Below are positions 28,826 through 39,305 of a stretch of 64,000 bases of DNA, one piece after another. Within the stretch, counting starts at the first letter, position 1. Each line of letters starts with the position of its first letter. The stretch lies in assembly GCA_041690135.1 (NCBI GenBank), contig JAWLHY010000014.1:142150-206149 (forward strand), given 5' to 3'. The translations under genes and the position numbers were made by a program. The notes under the pieces were generated by a model. That model ran no database searches. It saw only the letters and a program-made list of their open reading frames with translations, and was not told the DNA's origin. This stretch comes from Armatimonadota bacterium (GTDB taxonomy: Bacteria; Armatimonadota; SYMT01).

Positions 28826-31800
28826 ATGGCGCAAGCACAGGCTCATTTGTCCATCCGGTCGAAGCTCGACGGCGCGCGCGCCTACTGGCGCGCCCTCATG
28901 GCCGGGGAAGGGCTGTGCTGGACGGTCGCCGTGCTTCTGGTGGCGTTCCTGGTCTGTTTCCACCTCGACCGCTGGCTGGTGCTCTCCATCGAGACCCGCA
29001 TTGCGGCCTGGGCGACCCTCGCGATCCTCGGTTCCGGCTTCCTCATCTTCCGCGTCTTGCGCCCGGTGCTGCAGCAGCACTCGCCGGAAGAGATCGCCAC
29101 GCTCATCGAGCAGCGCTATCCGGAGCTGCGGGAGCGCCTTCTCACCGCGGTCGAGTTCAGCGGCCAATCGCGCGACCGTCTCCAGGGGATCTCTCCGGTC
29201 CTGCTCTCCGACCTGATGGCGGACGCGGACCAGGCCGCCGCCCCGCTCGACTTCCGTTCCGCGTTCAAACTGCGCGGGCTGATGAATGCCGGCACGGGTC
29301 TTCTGCTGGCCGTCTTGCTGGTGCTGATGCACATGCTGGTGGCGGGTCCGGCGTTCGGCGCCTTCCTCTCCCGTATGGCGCTCAACAACACGCCGGTCTG
29401 GCGGGACACCCGCGTGCAGGTCGATCCCCTGCGGATCAAAGTGCTGAAGGGAACCGATTTCCGGGTCGCGGTTAACCAGGAAGGAAAGCGGGTCGATCGC
29501 GCCCGGCTCAACTTCAAGTTCGGCGACGGTCGCTGGAACCGCGCGGAGCTGAAGGCGGACGGCGACGGGAAGTTCGTGCACCGCTTCGCCACCCTCACGG
29601 AGGGGATGACCTTCTACGCCACCGCGGGAGACGGCGTTTCGGACCGCGGTATCGTGGAAGTGGTCGATCCGGCGGCCGTGGTGGGCGCGAAGCTCACGCT
29701 CACCTACCCCGCCTACATGGATAAGCCCGCCGCCACCCTGGCCGCGGACTCCGGCGGCGTGGCGGCTCCCGTGGGCACCGTGGTGCGCCTGGAGTTGAAG
29801 GCGAACAAGCCTCTGGAGCAGGCGGAAGCCACCGTAATGGCGGAAAAGCCCGGTCCGTGGCAGGTGAAGGGCGACACGATCTCCGGGCAACTGGTGGTCC
29901 GGAAAGACGGCCAGTACAGCCTGAAGCTCAAGGACCAGGACGGCTTCTACTCCCCCGAGATTCAGACCTTCCCGATCAAGGCGATCCAGGACCAGACCCC
30001 GGAAGTCCACCTCCGCGACCCCGCCGGGGACCTCGAGGTGGTGCCGGATGCCCGGGTCCGCCTCTCGATCCTGGCGAAGGACGATTACGGCATCGCGCAG
30101 GTTCGGGTGCCCTACGAGGCCTCCCGCCGCAAGCCGGCGACTCTTCCGGCCGGTTCCGGGGGGAAGAAGGACCGGGTCCTGGAGTTGGAAAGCCTCTGGG
30201 AACTGGCCGCGATGAAGTTGAAGCCGGGCGACACCGTCACCTACCGGATTGAGGCGCTCGATCACGACAACATTTCCGGCCCCCACGTCGGCCGGACACC
30301 CGAATACCACCTGCGCGTCATCGATCATGCGGAAGCCGAGCGCCGGTATGCGGAGCAGCGCGCCCAGATCCTTCTGGAGTTGAACGCGCTCATCCAGGAG
30401 CAGAAGGCAGCCCGCTCGGACGTGGAGAGCCAGCGCTCCGCCGCCCGCCCCAACGCGGATAAGATCGGCAGCGCCGAGGAGCGCCAGCGCGCGACCGCCG
30501 TCACCAGCTCCGACCTCGCCCGGCGCGTGGCCGAGCTGAACCGGATGGCCGAGACCAATAACCTGGCCGACAAGCCGGACCTCGAGTCGCAGCAGCAGGC
30601 GCAGAAGAGCCTGAACAATCTGTCGCAGCAGGCGATGCCCCAGGCCGCGAACCGGATCGGCAGCGCGCAGGCCCAGGCCGAGTCCAGCCCGCAGAACGCG
30701 AAGTCCGAGCTCGGTCAGGCCTCGCAGCAGCAGCAGGAGATCCTGAAGGAGCTGAGCCGGGTCGCCGAGATGATGAAGCCGGGCAGCGAGCTGAAGCGAC
30801 TCGCGGAGCGGATCGATCGGCTGGCCCGCCAGCAGCGGAACCTCCAGGCCCAGACCGACAAGCTCCTGCCGGATACGCTGGGGAAGGGCATGGAAGAGCT
30901 GACACAGCAGCAGCGCAACCAGCTCCAGCAGCTTTCCCAACAGCAGCAGAACCTGCAGAAGGCTACCGCCCAGGCGGTGCAGGATCTGGAAAAGGCGGGG
31001 CAGTCGATGCAGAGCCGCAGCCCCGAGCAAGGGGATGCCGCCCGGCAGGCCGCGCAGGACCTCCAGCAGGGGCAGGTGACCGAGCAGCAGTCGCAGGCCG
31101 CGCAGAACGCGCAGCAGAACTCGCTGGGGCAGGCGCGCAGCCAGCAGGAGAACGCGGCCCAGCAGCTCGAGAACGCGGCCCAGCAGCTCCGGGATGCGAT
31201 GAACCCGAACGACCCGCGCAACGCGCAGCGGCTCCTCCGGCAGGCGATGAACCGCCTGAACCGGATGATGCAGCAGCAGGGCGAGGCGATCAAGCAGACA
31301 CAGGGCGCGATGTCGCAGCAGCAGCGCCAGGAAGTCGCGGAGCAGCAAAAGGAACTCCAGAAGCAGGCTCAGGAGTTGGCTCGCCAGTTGGAGCGGCTGC
31401 AGCGCCGCACGCCTTCCGCCGGAAAGGCCTCGCAGCAGTTGCAGCAGGCCCAGCAGAAGCTGGGGCAATCCAGCCAGTCGCTCTCGCAGCAGAGCCAGAG
31501 CCAGCAGCAGAGCCAGGCCCAGCAGCAGCAGGCGCTCCAGCAGGAGAACCAGGCCCTCCAGGCCATGCAGCGGGCCATGCAGAGCCTTCAGCAGGCGATG
31601 GCCGAGGCCCAGAAGAACGACGACCCGTTTGCCGAGCTGCGGAAGAACCTGGACCGCTTGGCCACCCGGCAGAAGGCGATCCAGCAGGCCACCCGCCGGA
31701 TCGACATGGACCAGAAGCGCCAGGGTTCGCGCCCGGAAGACCAGGAAGAACTGGAGCGCCTGTCGCAGCAGCAGGCCGAAGTCGAGTCCGAGGCTGCGAA

Positions 31801-32725
31801 GCTGGAGCCCGAGCTTCCTGGCGACGTGTTCAAGAACTTCTCACAGCAGGCCCGCGGCGCCATGTCCCGCTCGAAGAACGCCCTCGCCGAGGCGAACCCG
31901 AAGCAGAACCCGACCCAGCAGGCCCAGCAGCGCGCGCTCACCATCCTGGATCAGCTCAAAAAGGCGCTCGATCCCAATCCGGATGATAACAGCAAAGCAG
32001 AGGGTGGCGGCGGCGGTGGCGGCGGTGGCGGTGGGGGCGGCGGCTCCGACCCCGAACTGCAGAAGCGCCTGGCCGAGATCCGCCTCCTGCGGTACCTCCA
32101 GCAGGGGATCCGCTCGCAGACCCAGGACGTGGACGACAACCGCAGCAGCGACGAGGAGCTGACCGACGCGCAGAAGAGCCAGATCGAGGAGACCGCTCGC
32201 CAGCAGGCCTCGGCCAAGGCTCTCGCGGAGAAGGTGGCGAAGGCGCTCGCTCGCAACCGGCAACTGGCGGATAAGGTCAACTCCGCCAGCAAGTCGATGT
32301 CCGAAGCCCAGCGCGGCCTGGACCGGATGCAGACCGGTGAGCCGGTGCAGGAGCAGGAAAGCCAGGCGATCGTCCGCCTGACCGAAGCCCTCAAGCTGGC
32401 GCAGCGGCAGCAGCAGCAGCAACAGCAGCAGCAACAGCAGCAACAGCAGCAACAACAGCAACAGCAGCAGCAGGCCAACGGTCAGCAGCAGCAGCCTTCG
32501 GGCGGTCAGCAGCAGCAGGGGAATGCTCCGGCACTGCGGTCGGTGGCGCGGCGCGCCGGCCGGCAGGACGGTCCGCTGGCCGGCATCGGCGACGGCCGTG
32601 GCTTCGGCAACCTCGATCCCCGCTCGCAGGATGCCCTCCGCCAGGGCTACAAGGAAAAGGTCCCCGCGGAATACCAGGACCTCATCCAGCGCTACTACCG
32701 GGGCCTCTCCTCACAGGGACGTTAG
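28826..32725 (+). CDS. Large membrane-anchored coiled-coil protein (DUF4175-like) with poly-Gly and poly-Gln tracts
   Basis: Three N-terminal TM helices, PELRERLLTAVEF, Ig-like domains with DQTPEV...AKDDYGI, long Q-rich coiled coil, C-terminal VPAEYQDLIQRYYRGL. Confidence 0.85.
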   Translation: MAQAQAHLSIRSKLDGARAYWRALMAGEGLCWTVAVLLVAFLVCFHLDRWLVLSIETRIAAWATLAILGSGFLIFRVLRPVLQQHSPEEIATLIEQRYPELRERLLTAVEFSGQSRDRLQGISPVLLSDLMADADQAAAPLDFRSAFKLRGLMNAGTGLLLAVLLVLMHMLVAGPAFGAFLSRMALNNTPVWRDTRVQVDPLRIKVLKGTDFRVAVNQEGKRVDRARLNFKFGDGRWNRAELKADGDGKFVHRFATLTEGMTFYATAGDGVSDRGIVEVVDPAAVVGAKLTLTYPAYMDKPAATLAADSGGVAAPVGTVVRLELKANKPLEQAEATVMAEKPGPWQVKGDTISGQLVVRKDGQYSLKLKDQDGFYSPEIQTFPIKAIQDQTPEVHLRDPAGDLEVVPDARVRLSILAKDDYGIAQVRVPYEASRRKPATLPAGSGGKKDRVLELESLWELAAMKLKPGDTVTYRIEALDHDNISGPHVGRTPEYHLRVIDHAEAERRYAEQRAQILLELNALIQEQKAARSDVESQRSAARPNADKIGSAEERQRATAVTSSDLARRVAELNRMAETNNLADKPDLESQQQAQKSLNNLSQQAMPQAANRIGSAQAQAESSPQNAKSELGQASQQQQEILKELSRVAEMMKPGSELKRLAERIDRLARQQRNLQAQTDKLLPDTLGKGMEELTQQQRNQLQQLSQQQQNLQKATAQAVQDLEKAGQSMQSRSPEQGDAARQAAQDLQQGQVTEQQSQAAQNAQQNSLGQARSQQENAAQQLENAAQQLRDAMNPNDPRNAQRLLRQAMNRLNRMMQQQGEAIKQTQGAMSQQQRQEVAEQQKELQKQAQELARQLERLQRRTPSAGKASQQLQQAQQKLGQSSQSLSQQSQSQQQSQAQQQQALQQENQALQAMQRAMQSLQQAMAEAQKNDDPFAELRKNLDRLATRQKAIQQATRRIDMDQKRQGSRPEDQEELERLSQQQAEVESEAAKLEPELPGDVFKNFSQQARGAMSRSKNALAEANPKQNPTQQAQQRALTILDQLKKALDPNPDDNSKAEGGGGGGGGGGGGGGSDPELQKRLAEIRLLRYLQQGIRSQTQDVDDNRSSDEELTDAQKSQIEETARQQASAKALAEKVAKALARNRQLADKVNSASKSMSEAQRGLDRMQTGEPVQEQESQAIVRLTEALKLAQRQQQQQQQQQQQQQQQQQQQQQQANGQQQQPSGGQQQQGNAPALRSVARRAGRQDGPLAGIGDGRGFGNLDPRSQDALRQGYKEKVPAEYQDLIQRYYRGLSSQGR

Positions 32726-32875
32726 TGGGAGTAAGTTTACTCGTATGAAAGTAGGGAAGTGTGGGGGAACCTGTCCCGCGCTTCGCTGTGCCTCGCCCTC
32801 CCTACTCCACCACTCCCACACCCCCATCCTTCACCAATCCTAAACCCCTTTAGCCACTGACTGGATAACTAGCCG

Positions 32876-34000
32876 ATGCGCCGTAAGCCGAAGGTAATGA
32901 TGAACTTGATGGTCGCCGTTCTTGGCGTTCTTGGCGTCCTGGCGGTAACGATCAGCCCTCCCCAGGCCTCGGCTCAGAAAAAGAAGGCCTCCGCCCGCAA
33001 GTCCGGGACCCTCTCCGGCACCGGGTTCACCCTGCAGGAACGCAACGGCGGTCTGGAGCAGGAAGCACGGGAATACCTTGGCAACGCCAAGACCGAAGCG
33101 GCGGTGAAGAAGGCGCTGAAGTACCTCGCCACCACGCAGAACGCGGACGGCTCCTGGGGCGGCGGGGGATACAGCTCGGACGTGGGGATCGTGGGGCTCT
33201 GCTCCCTGGCGTTCATGTCCGCCGGGCACCAGCCGGACCGCGGCCCTTATGGCCAGGTATTGCGTCGCGCGGCCGATTACATCGCCAAGCACAGCCAGCG
33301 GACGGGTCTCATCTATAACCCGCAGGCTGCCGCCGGTCCCCCCATGTACGGGCATGGTTTCGCTACCCTGGCCCTGGCCGAGCTGTACGGCATGACCCGC
33401 CGGGTTGATCTCCGCGACAAGCTGGAGGCGGCGGTGGCGCTCATCATCCGCACGCAGAACTCGGAAGGCGGTTGGCGGTACCAGCCGCGGGTGGCCGATG
33501 CCGACATCAGCGTCGTGATCTGCCAGATCATGGCTCTCCGCGCCGCCGCGAACGCCGGGGTGCCGGTACCCCGCGACACCACCGCGCGCGCCATCGACTA
33601 CGTGAAGCGCTGCTCCAACAACTCAGACGGCGGCTTCAGCTACATGGCGGGCCAGACCGGCTCCGGCCAGGCACGGACCGGCGCGGGCGTCCTCTCGCTC
33701 ATCGTGATGGGCGAGCGCGGCTCGACGGAGTGCAAGCGCGGCCTCGAGTACCTGATGAACAAGCCGCCGGGGACCCGGGACGGCCACGTGTTCTACGCCC
33801 TCTACTATTGCACCCAGGCCATGTACCAGGCCGGCGGCAAATACTGGACCTACTGGTACCCCAAGGCGGCGGACTACCTGCTCTCTACGCAGCGCTCCGA
33901 TGGCTCCTGGTACGACGGCCCCGGCTATGCCTACGCCACCGCCATGGGCACCCTGGCCCTCCAGGTCCCGGCCGCCCTCCTGCCGATTTATCAGAAGTAA
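32876..34000 (+). CDS. Secreted prenyltransferase/squalene-oxidase-repeat (alpha/alpha barrel) protein
   Basis: QW motifs QNADGSW, QNSEGGWRY, QRSDGSW; MYGHGFATLALAE; C-terminal LPIYQK. Confidence 0.88.
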   Translation: MRRKPKVMMNLMVAVLGVLGVLAVTISPPQASAQKKKASARKSGTLSGTGFTLQERNGGLEQEAREYLGNAKTEAAVKKALKYLATTQNADGSWGGGGYSSDVGIVGLCSLAFMSAGHQPDRGPYGQVLRRAADYIAKHSQRTGLIYNPQAAAGPPMYGHGFATLALAELYGMTRRVDLRDKLEAAVALIIRTQNSEGGWRYQPRVADADISVVICQIMALRAAANAGVPVPRDTTARAIDYVKRCSNNSDGGFSYMAGQTGSGQARTGAGVLSLIVMGERGSTECKRGLEYLMNKPPGTRDGHVFYALYYCTQAMYQAGGKYWTYWYPKAADYLLSTQRSDGSWYDGPGYAYATAMGTLALQVPAALLPIYQK

Positions 34001-34242
34001 AGGTTGCGGGTCTCCGGGCGGAGGTTGAAGAACCGGCTAGGTGGGGATGTCAATGAAGAGGGAAACTCGTTGTAGAGGTTCCGTGGAATAGATCTTTAGA
34101 AGTAACTGGTCGCGTGCGTGGTACGCCAGCCGACGTAGGTCGGCTTCGCTGTTTGTAGGCGCGAGTTTACTCGCCCAGCCGCACTGCTCGAGTGCGGTTT
34201 ACCGTTCAACCTTCATAAACCGCCGGATGGGAGCTACGCGAT

Positions 34243-35418
34243 TTGATGCCCTCGATTAGCAAGAGCTTATGGATAGGACCTCTGGCGTTGCTGGGCGCCA
34301 TTGTCCTCACCAATCCCGCCCATGCAGTTCAGGCTACTGTCACCCTGGCCGACGGCCGTACGTTCGAAAAGGCGAAGCTCCTCCCCGGCGCCGCGCCGGA
34401 ACAGGTCCAGTTGGAACCGGCGGGGAAGCCGGCCGTCACCGTGGGCATCCGTGACCTGCTGAGCATTGACTTCGGCCGCGTTCCGGCCCGTCCGCAATTG
34501 CCCACCCTGCAACTGGCCAACGGCGACCGCGTTTACGGCAAGCTCTCCTTTCCCGCCGCGCGCCAGGTGCAGGTGGCCGCGGGCTGGGGGGTACTGACCG
34601 CGCCGTTGCCCTGGTGCTCCACCATCCGGATCAAGGAGACCGCCGAAGCCCCCGCCGGGGTCGCCAAGGACACGCTGGTCCTGGAGAAAGACCGCGTCCA
34701 GGGCGAGGTCCAGAGCTTCAAGGCCGGAAAGGTGACTGTTGACGTGGGCGGCACCCTGGTGCCCGTGGACCTGGCGCGCGTGCAGGCGATTGGCCTGGCC
34801 ACGCGCCAGCAGCCGTCGGCGGACCGGGTCGGGCTTCGGCTGGGGCTGGACCTCGGTGGGGGAGAGCGCCTCAGCGGCCGATGGGTGAAAATGACGCCGG
34901 ACGTGCTCACGGTGCAACTCGACTGGGGGGCCAACCTCGACCTGCCGCTGGCCTCACTCTCTCGCCTGGACGTGAAGAACGGCAAGGTGATCTACCTCTC
35001 CGACCTCACTCCCGCGGAGGCGAAGCACACGCCCTATATCGACGGCGCCTACCCGCTGCAGGTCGATCGGTCCGTCTCCGGCCGCCCGATCCGCCTGGGT
35101 GGCAAGTCGTTCCGCCGCGGCCTGGGCGTGCATAGCCACTCCGAGCTGGTTTACGGCCTGGACGGCGGCTATCAGTTCTTCACCGCCACCCTCGGTCTCG
35201 ATGATGCCGTGGGTGCCCAGGGGAGCGTTGTCTACCGCGTCTACGGCGACGACAAGCTGCTCTTCGAGAGCCCCGTCATTCGCGGTGGCGACACCCCGGC
35301 CGAGATCAAGGTACCGATCAAGGGCGTACTGCTGCTCCGCCTGGAAGTCGACTATGCCGACAACGGCGACGCCGCCGACCACGCCAACTGGGCCGAAGCC
35401 CGCCTCCTCCGGGATTGA
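34243..35418 (+). CDS. Secreted protein with a C-terminal NPCBM/NEW2 carbohydrate-binding domain
   Basis: Signal peptide; YLSDL...GLGVHSHSELVYGL...GSVVYRVYGD...DHANWAEARL. Confidence 0.88.
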   Translation: MMPSISKSLWIGPLALLGAIVLTNPAHAVQATVTLADGRTFEKAKLLPGAAPEQVQLEPAGKPAVTVGIRDLLSIDFGRVPARPQLPTLQLANGDRVYGKLSFPAARQVQVAAGWGVLTAPLPWCSTIRIKETAEAPAGVAKDTLVLEKDRVQGEVQSFKAGKVTVDVGGTLVPVDLARVQAIGLATRQQPSADRVGLRLGLDLGGGERLSGRWVKMTPDVLTVQLDWGANLDLPLASLSRLDVKNGKVIYLSDLTPAEAKHTPYIDGAYPLQVDRSVSGRPIRLGGKSFRRGLGVHSHSELVYGLDGGYQFFTATLGLDDAVGAQGSVVYRVYGDDKLLFESPVIRGGDTPAEIKVPIKGVLLLRLEVDYADNGDAADHANWAEARLLRD

Positions 35419-35424
35419 TCCAGA

Positions 35425-35576
35425 GGAGCGCGGACGTCCCGTCCGCCGGTGCAGCAAATAGCATCCGCGAAGCATTCGGCTGGCGGTACGGAGCGCGGAC
35501 GTCCCGTCCGCCAGTGGCGCGAAAGAAGAACCGAGAGGTTGTAGCGAAGCGGTACGGAGCGGACGTCCCGTCCACC
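35425..35576 (+). repeat. Three REP copies upstream of the RAYT
   Basis: GGAGCGCGGACGTCCCGTCCGCC at 35425 and 35490, plus a variant near 35556; inverted copies at 36220-36242 and 36337-36359. Confidence 0.85.
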
Positions 35577-35589
35577 GGGGGATCAAGCG

Positions 35590-36198
35590 CTGTCCGACCT
35601 TCATAAAGTCAAAGGCTGGCACTCGCGCGGTTATCTCCCGCATTTTGATGCAGGCAGCGTGCCGCAGTTCGTGACTTTTCGCCTGGCCGACTCGCTGCCG
35701 GCTGAGAAGCTCCTTCAATGGAGGCAAGAGCTACCGCACCTGCCGCGCGATGAGAAGGAAGTTGAATACCAACGCAGGATCGAAGAGTATCTCGACCGGG
35801 GAGAGGGGGAAGTCTGGCTAAGCGTCCTCGAAATCGCCGTGGGGGTGCAGAACGCCTTTCTGCACCCCCACGGAGAACGCTATGAGTTGCATGCCTGGGT
35901 GGTGATGCCAAACCACATGCACGCGCTTTTCACTCCCTCGGAGGGCCAAAGCCTCTCTGCCATTCTCCACTCTTGGAAATCGTTCACCTCGAAAATGGGA
36001 AACCGAATTCTCGGACGACGGGGCGACTTTTGGCAGGAAGACTACTTCGATCGCTTCACCCGGAATGCGGAAGACTTCGAACGGTTCCGGTACTATTACT
36101 ATATCGAGACGAACCCCGTGACCGCCGGTTTCTGTACTGAGCCGGAGGAATGGCCGTATTCGAGTGCGGGCCGGCGGGCAAGAACGGAGGAGTTTTGA
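35590..36198 (+). mobile_element. REP-associated tyrosine (Y1 HUH) transposase, RAYT
   Basis: In-frame GWHSRGYLPHFD...FVTFRLADSLP upstream of the listed GTG (35659), HUH motif MPNHMH, FWQEDYFDR, YIETNP catalytic Tyr; flanked by inverted REPs. Start uncertain (CTG 35590). Confidence 0.88.
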
Positions 36199-36199
36199 G

Positions 36200-37036
36200 A
36201 TGATCGAAACGAAGTCACCGGCGGGCGGGACGCCCGCGCTCCGGGATGCGCCCGCGCTCTGGCCTACGCTCCGTCGGCGACGATGGTCGGCACTTCTACT
36301 GGCTGCGGGATCGGCATGGGCAATGAACGGATTACAGGCGGGCGAGACGCCCGCGCTCCTTGGCGCCGCCCTCCAGGCGCCCGACGCGCAGCCGGAGCTT
36401 CCGCCCGACGCCGTCAAGATCGGGGAAGACCTCTACCGGGTCGGCAAAGTGACGGTAGACCTGAAGGCAGGGACCGCCACCACCTCCGGTAAGATCAACA
36501 TGCGCCGGGGGATCGTGGAGTATCTCGCCGTTGCTCCCGGCGGCAAGACCCACGAGAGCCTGCTGACCGTGGACGTGCGGCCCCTGCATTACCAGGTCGC
36601 GCTCATTTTATTGGGGCTCGAACCCAAGGGCGGTCTCACCGTCCAGGGCGATGAAAAGCCGCCGAAGGGCTCTCCCGTCCAGCTCTACGTGAGCTGGAAG
36701 CGAGGCGACCGGAACGTCAAGGTGCGGGCCGAGGAGCTGGTCTGGAACATCGATCGGAAGGCGCCGATGGAGCAGGGGGCCTGGATCTTCAGCGGCTCAC
36801 TGGTGGACAAGCGCGGTTTCCTTGCCGATGAGGAGCTTTCCCTGGTCGCCACCTTCCGAGATCCGGCCGCCATCGTCAACAACGTCCTCCCGGCCGGTTC
36901 GGACGACACGGTCTACAAGGTCAACGAGCGGATCGTGCCTCCCATCGGCACCCCCGTCACCTTCACCGCCACCCCCCGCCCCGACGCGAAACCACCGGCA
37001 TCTCCGAAGCCGGAGCGGAGTGCATTCAACAGTTGA
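36200..37036 (+). CDS. YdjY-domain protein
   Basis: GGAGGAG RBS; VEYLAV..GGKTHESLL...PLHYQVALILLG, WIFSGS, VPPIGTPV. Confidence 0.75.
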   Translation: MIETKSPAGGTPALRDAPALWPTLRRRRWSALLLAAGSAWAMNGLQAGETPALLGAALQAPDAQPELPPDAVKIGEDLYRVGKVTVDLKAGTATTSGKINMRRGIVEYLAVAPGGKTHESLLTVDVRPLHYQVALILLGLEPKGGLTVQGDEKPPKGSPVQLYVSWKRGDRNVKVRAEELVWNIDRKAPMEQGAWIFSGSLVDKRGFLADEELSLVATFRDPAAIVNNVLPAGSDDTVYKVNERIVPPIGTPVTFTATPRPDAKPPASPKPERSAFNS

Positions 37037-37041
37037 TTCAG

Positions 37042-37878
37042 ATGCAGCGCTTCTGGGACAACCCCGTCCTGCGCCACGCCGGGCGCCTCGGCGCGCGGGG
37101 CGCCCGTCCCTGGGTGATCTTCCTGCTCCTGGCCGGATCCGCATTGCTGGGAGCATTGCTGCAGAAGTACTGGATGGAGTTGGAGCTCTACACGCTCCTG
37201 CGCCCGGAACGGCTGGTCCGCTGGCTGGCTCTTACTTTGCTGGCGGAAACAGTAGTGGCTCTTCCCTGGGCCGCCGTGCGGGGATCATTGTTGTGGCGCC
37301 GTCTCGCGGGGGAAGGTCACCTTGAAGAGTATCGTCGCAGCCGGCTCTCCCCCTTCTCCATCGCCCTCGGCGCGATCCTGGCGTCACTTTCGCCGGTACT
37401 GGTTTTGCTCGCCGTCTCGATGGGGGTATCCCTGATTGCAGGGATTACGGCCGGGGAGTTGACTTTCCCCTCGGTGGCGACGGTCCACGGCATTCTCGGG
37501 GCACAGGCATTTGCCTTTGCGGTGTTAGGCTTGTGGCTGGCCGGGCGACTCCGGTATCCGGCGGCCGCGATTCCCACAGCGCTGGTCTTGCTCGCGTTCG
37601 CCGTTTGCGCGATCGCCCTCATCGATCCGTTCTTGCGTCGCCTGAACGAGCCCACCGCCTGGATCTACTGGGCGCTCCTGCCGAACCCGGTGACGGCGGT
37701 GGGGGTCGCGTTGAACACGGACGTGCTTCGCTTTTCCTGGATTTACCAGAAGCTTCATGCCCACGAATACTTCTTCATGTATCCGCCCGTATGGCAGACC
37801 GTCGCCCTCTACCTGGGCGCCGGCGGCGTGCTGCTCCTCCGCCTGGTCCGCCGCATCGCCCGCTGGGAGTCCCCATAA
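37042..37878 (+). CDS. Polytopic membrane protein, ABC-permease-like
   Basis: WDNPVL start, GHLEEYRRSRLSP, about 6 TM helices, LLPNP. Confidence 0.7.
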   Translation: MQRFWDNPVLRHAGRLGARGARPWVIFLLLAGSALLGALLQKYWMELELYTLLRPERLVRWLALTLLAETVVALPWAAVRGSLLWRRLAGEGHLEEYRRSRLSPFSIALGAILASLSPVLVLLAVSMGVSLIAGITAGELTFPSVATVHGILGAQAFAFAVLGLWLAGRLRYPAAAIPTALVLLAFAVCAIALIDPFLRRLNEPTAWIYWALLPNPVTAVGVALNTDVLRFSWIYQKLHAHEYFFMYPPVWQTVALYLGAGGVLLLRLVRRIARWESP

Positions 37879-38057
37879 CGAACGGGTATCCCCTGCGTCT
37901 TAGAAGATACCCGGAGAAGGCAGTGCCCATTCTCAACCATCCCCCCACAACCTCCACCCCCGTCGCATGCGTCCTACGGAACTAAAGGACCTGCGCGCCC
38001 CGGAGATGAAGGTTAGAGGGTGAGGCCCCGTCCTTGTGCAGAATTGAGGAGATCGTA

Positions 38058-39269
38058 ATGAACCGTCAGCCAGCGCGAGAGATGACGAACACCGAGGACC
38101 GGCAGAAGGCCAGTGTGCTTCGACCGGGTTACTGGCTGGGCGCGTCCTTGATTGGCGCTGCTCTGGTGGGCGTGTCTTTGCCGGGAACGGCGGCCCCGGC
38201 GCGGAAGGCTGCCCCGAAAGCAAGGGCGGTCGCGAAGCCGGCCCCGTCCGCCGCGGCGAAGCAGGTCAGCGCCTCGGTGCAGAAGGGCCTGGCTTACCTC
38301 CGCAAGAGCCAGCAGCCGGACGGATCCTGGCAGCGTTATCCCGGTATCACCGCTATTTGCACGCTGGGCTTCATCCGCAACGGCGTTACGGAGAAGGACC
38401 CGGCGGTCGCGAAGGCATGTGCTTACCTGGCCTCGCTGGCCAAGCCGAACGGGGCGATCTACACGGACCAGTTCGGCCCCGGTCAGGCGCTTCCGAATTA
38501 CAACACGGCCCTCGCCCTCTCGGCGCTCCACGCCACGCGCAACCCGAAGTACGCCCCGGTGATCCGCAAAGCCCAGGAGTTCCTCGCGGGATCACAGTAC
38601 GACGAGGGGGAAGGGTTCAAGCCCACGGACCGCCAGTACGGCGGCATCGGTTACGGCTCGAAGCAGGATAACCCGGATGTCTCCAACCTGCAGAATGCCC
38701 TGGAGGCGCTGAAGGAGTCTGGTTACCCCAAGAACGCCGCGGTCTTCAAGAAGGCCCTTATCTTCCTGCAGCGCTGCCAGAACCGGAATGAGAGCAACGA
38801 CCAGTCCTGGGCGGGGACCGACGGCGGATTCGTCTACGCCTCGAGCGGGGAGAGCAAGGCGGAGGAATATACGAAGAGCCCGCACAGCTCTTACGGCAGC
38901 ATGACGTATGCCGGGCTCAAGAGCTATCTCTATTGCAACGTCACCCGGACCGACCCGCGCGTCCAGGCGGCCTGGAGCTGGCTGCGCGCCAACTACGACG
39001 TGGAGCAGAACCCGCGGATGGGGACCGACGGCCTGTACTACTACTACCACACGATGTCCAAGACGCTCGCCGTCCTCGAGGACAAGGTGGTAACGGACAC
39101 GAAGGGGAAGAAGCACGTGTGGGGGCCGGACCTGGCGCGCGCCATCACCGCCCGCCAGAGCCCGGACGGGTCCTGGAAAAATCAGAACCCCCGCTGGTGG
39201 GAAGACCGGCCGGAACTGGCCACCGGCTACGCCCTGATCTCCCTGGCGAACTGCCGACAGGGCCTCTGA
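38058..39269 (+). CDS. Second secreted prenyltransferase/squalene-oxidase-repeat protein
   Basis: GAGGAG RBS; QQPDGSW, YGGIGYG, DGGFVY, SYGSMTYAGLKS, QSPDGSW..NPRWWE. Confidence 0.88.
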   Translation: MNRQPAREMTNTEDRQKASVLRPGYWLGASLIGAALVGVSLPGTAAPARKAAPKARAVAKPAPSAAAKQVSASVQKGLAYLRKSQQPDGSWQRYPGITAICTLGFIRNGVTEKDPAVAKACAYLASLAKPNGAIYTDQFGPGQALPNYNTALALSALHATRNPKYAPVIRKAQEFLAGSQYDEGEGFKPTDRQYGGIGYGSKQDNPDVSNLQNALEALKESGYPKNAAVFKKALIFLQRCQNRNESNDQSWAGTDGGFVYASSGESKAEEYTKSPHSSYGSMTYAGLKSYLYCNVTRTDPRVQAAWSWLRANYDVEQNPRMGTDGLYYYYHTMSKTLAVLEDKVVTDTKGKKHVWGPDLARAITARQSPDGSWKNQNPRWWEDRPELATGYALISLANCRQGL

Positions 39270-39305
39270 CACTAACACCGTATTCCTGGAGGATAGGAGC
39301 TTAAC

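Noticed and set aside
28664-31468. Long antisense ORFs (also 7600-9069, 15305-16732, 20630-22288, 38592-40259, 41794-44007, 49361-51178)
   Set aside because: Shadow frames of well-supported high-GC genes; no motifs.
31951-32478. Poly-Cys and poly-Leu ORFs on the minus strand
   Set aside because: Antisense readings of the CAG/CAA poly-Gln tract.
35590-36198. IS200/IS605 element with tnpB
   Set aside because: No tnpB, and the gene is flanked by multiple inverted REPs, which fits a RAYT.
32876-39269. Calling the two QW-repeat proteins squalene-hopene cyclases
   Set aside because: Single-barrel length, signal peptides and no DXDD protonation motif.
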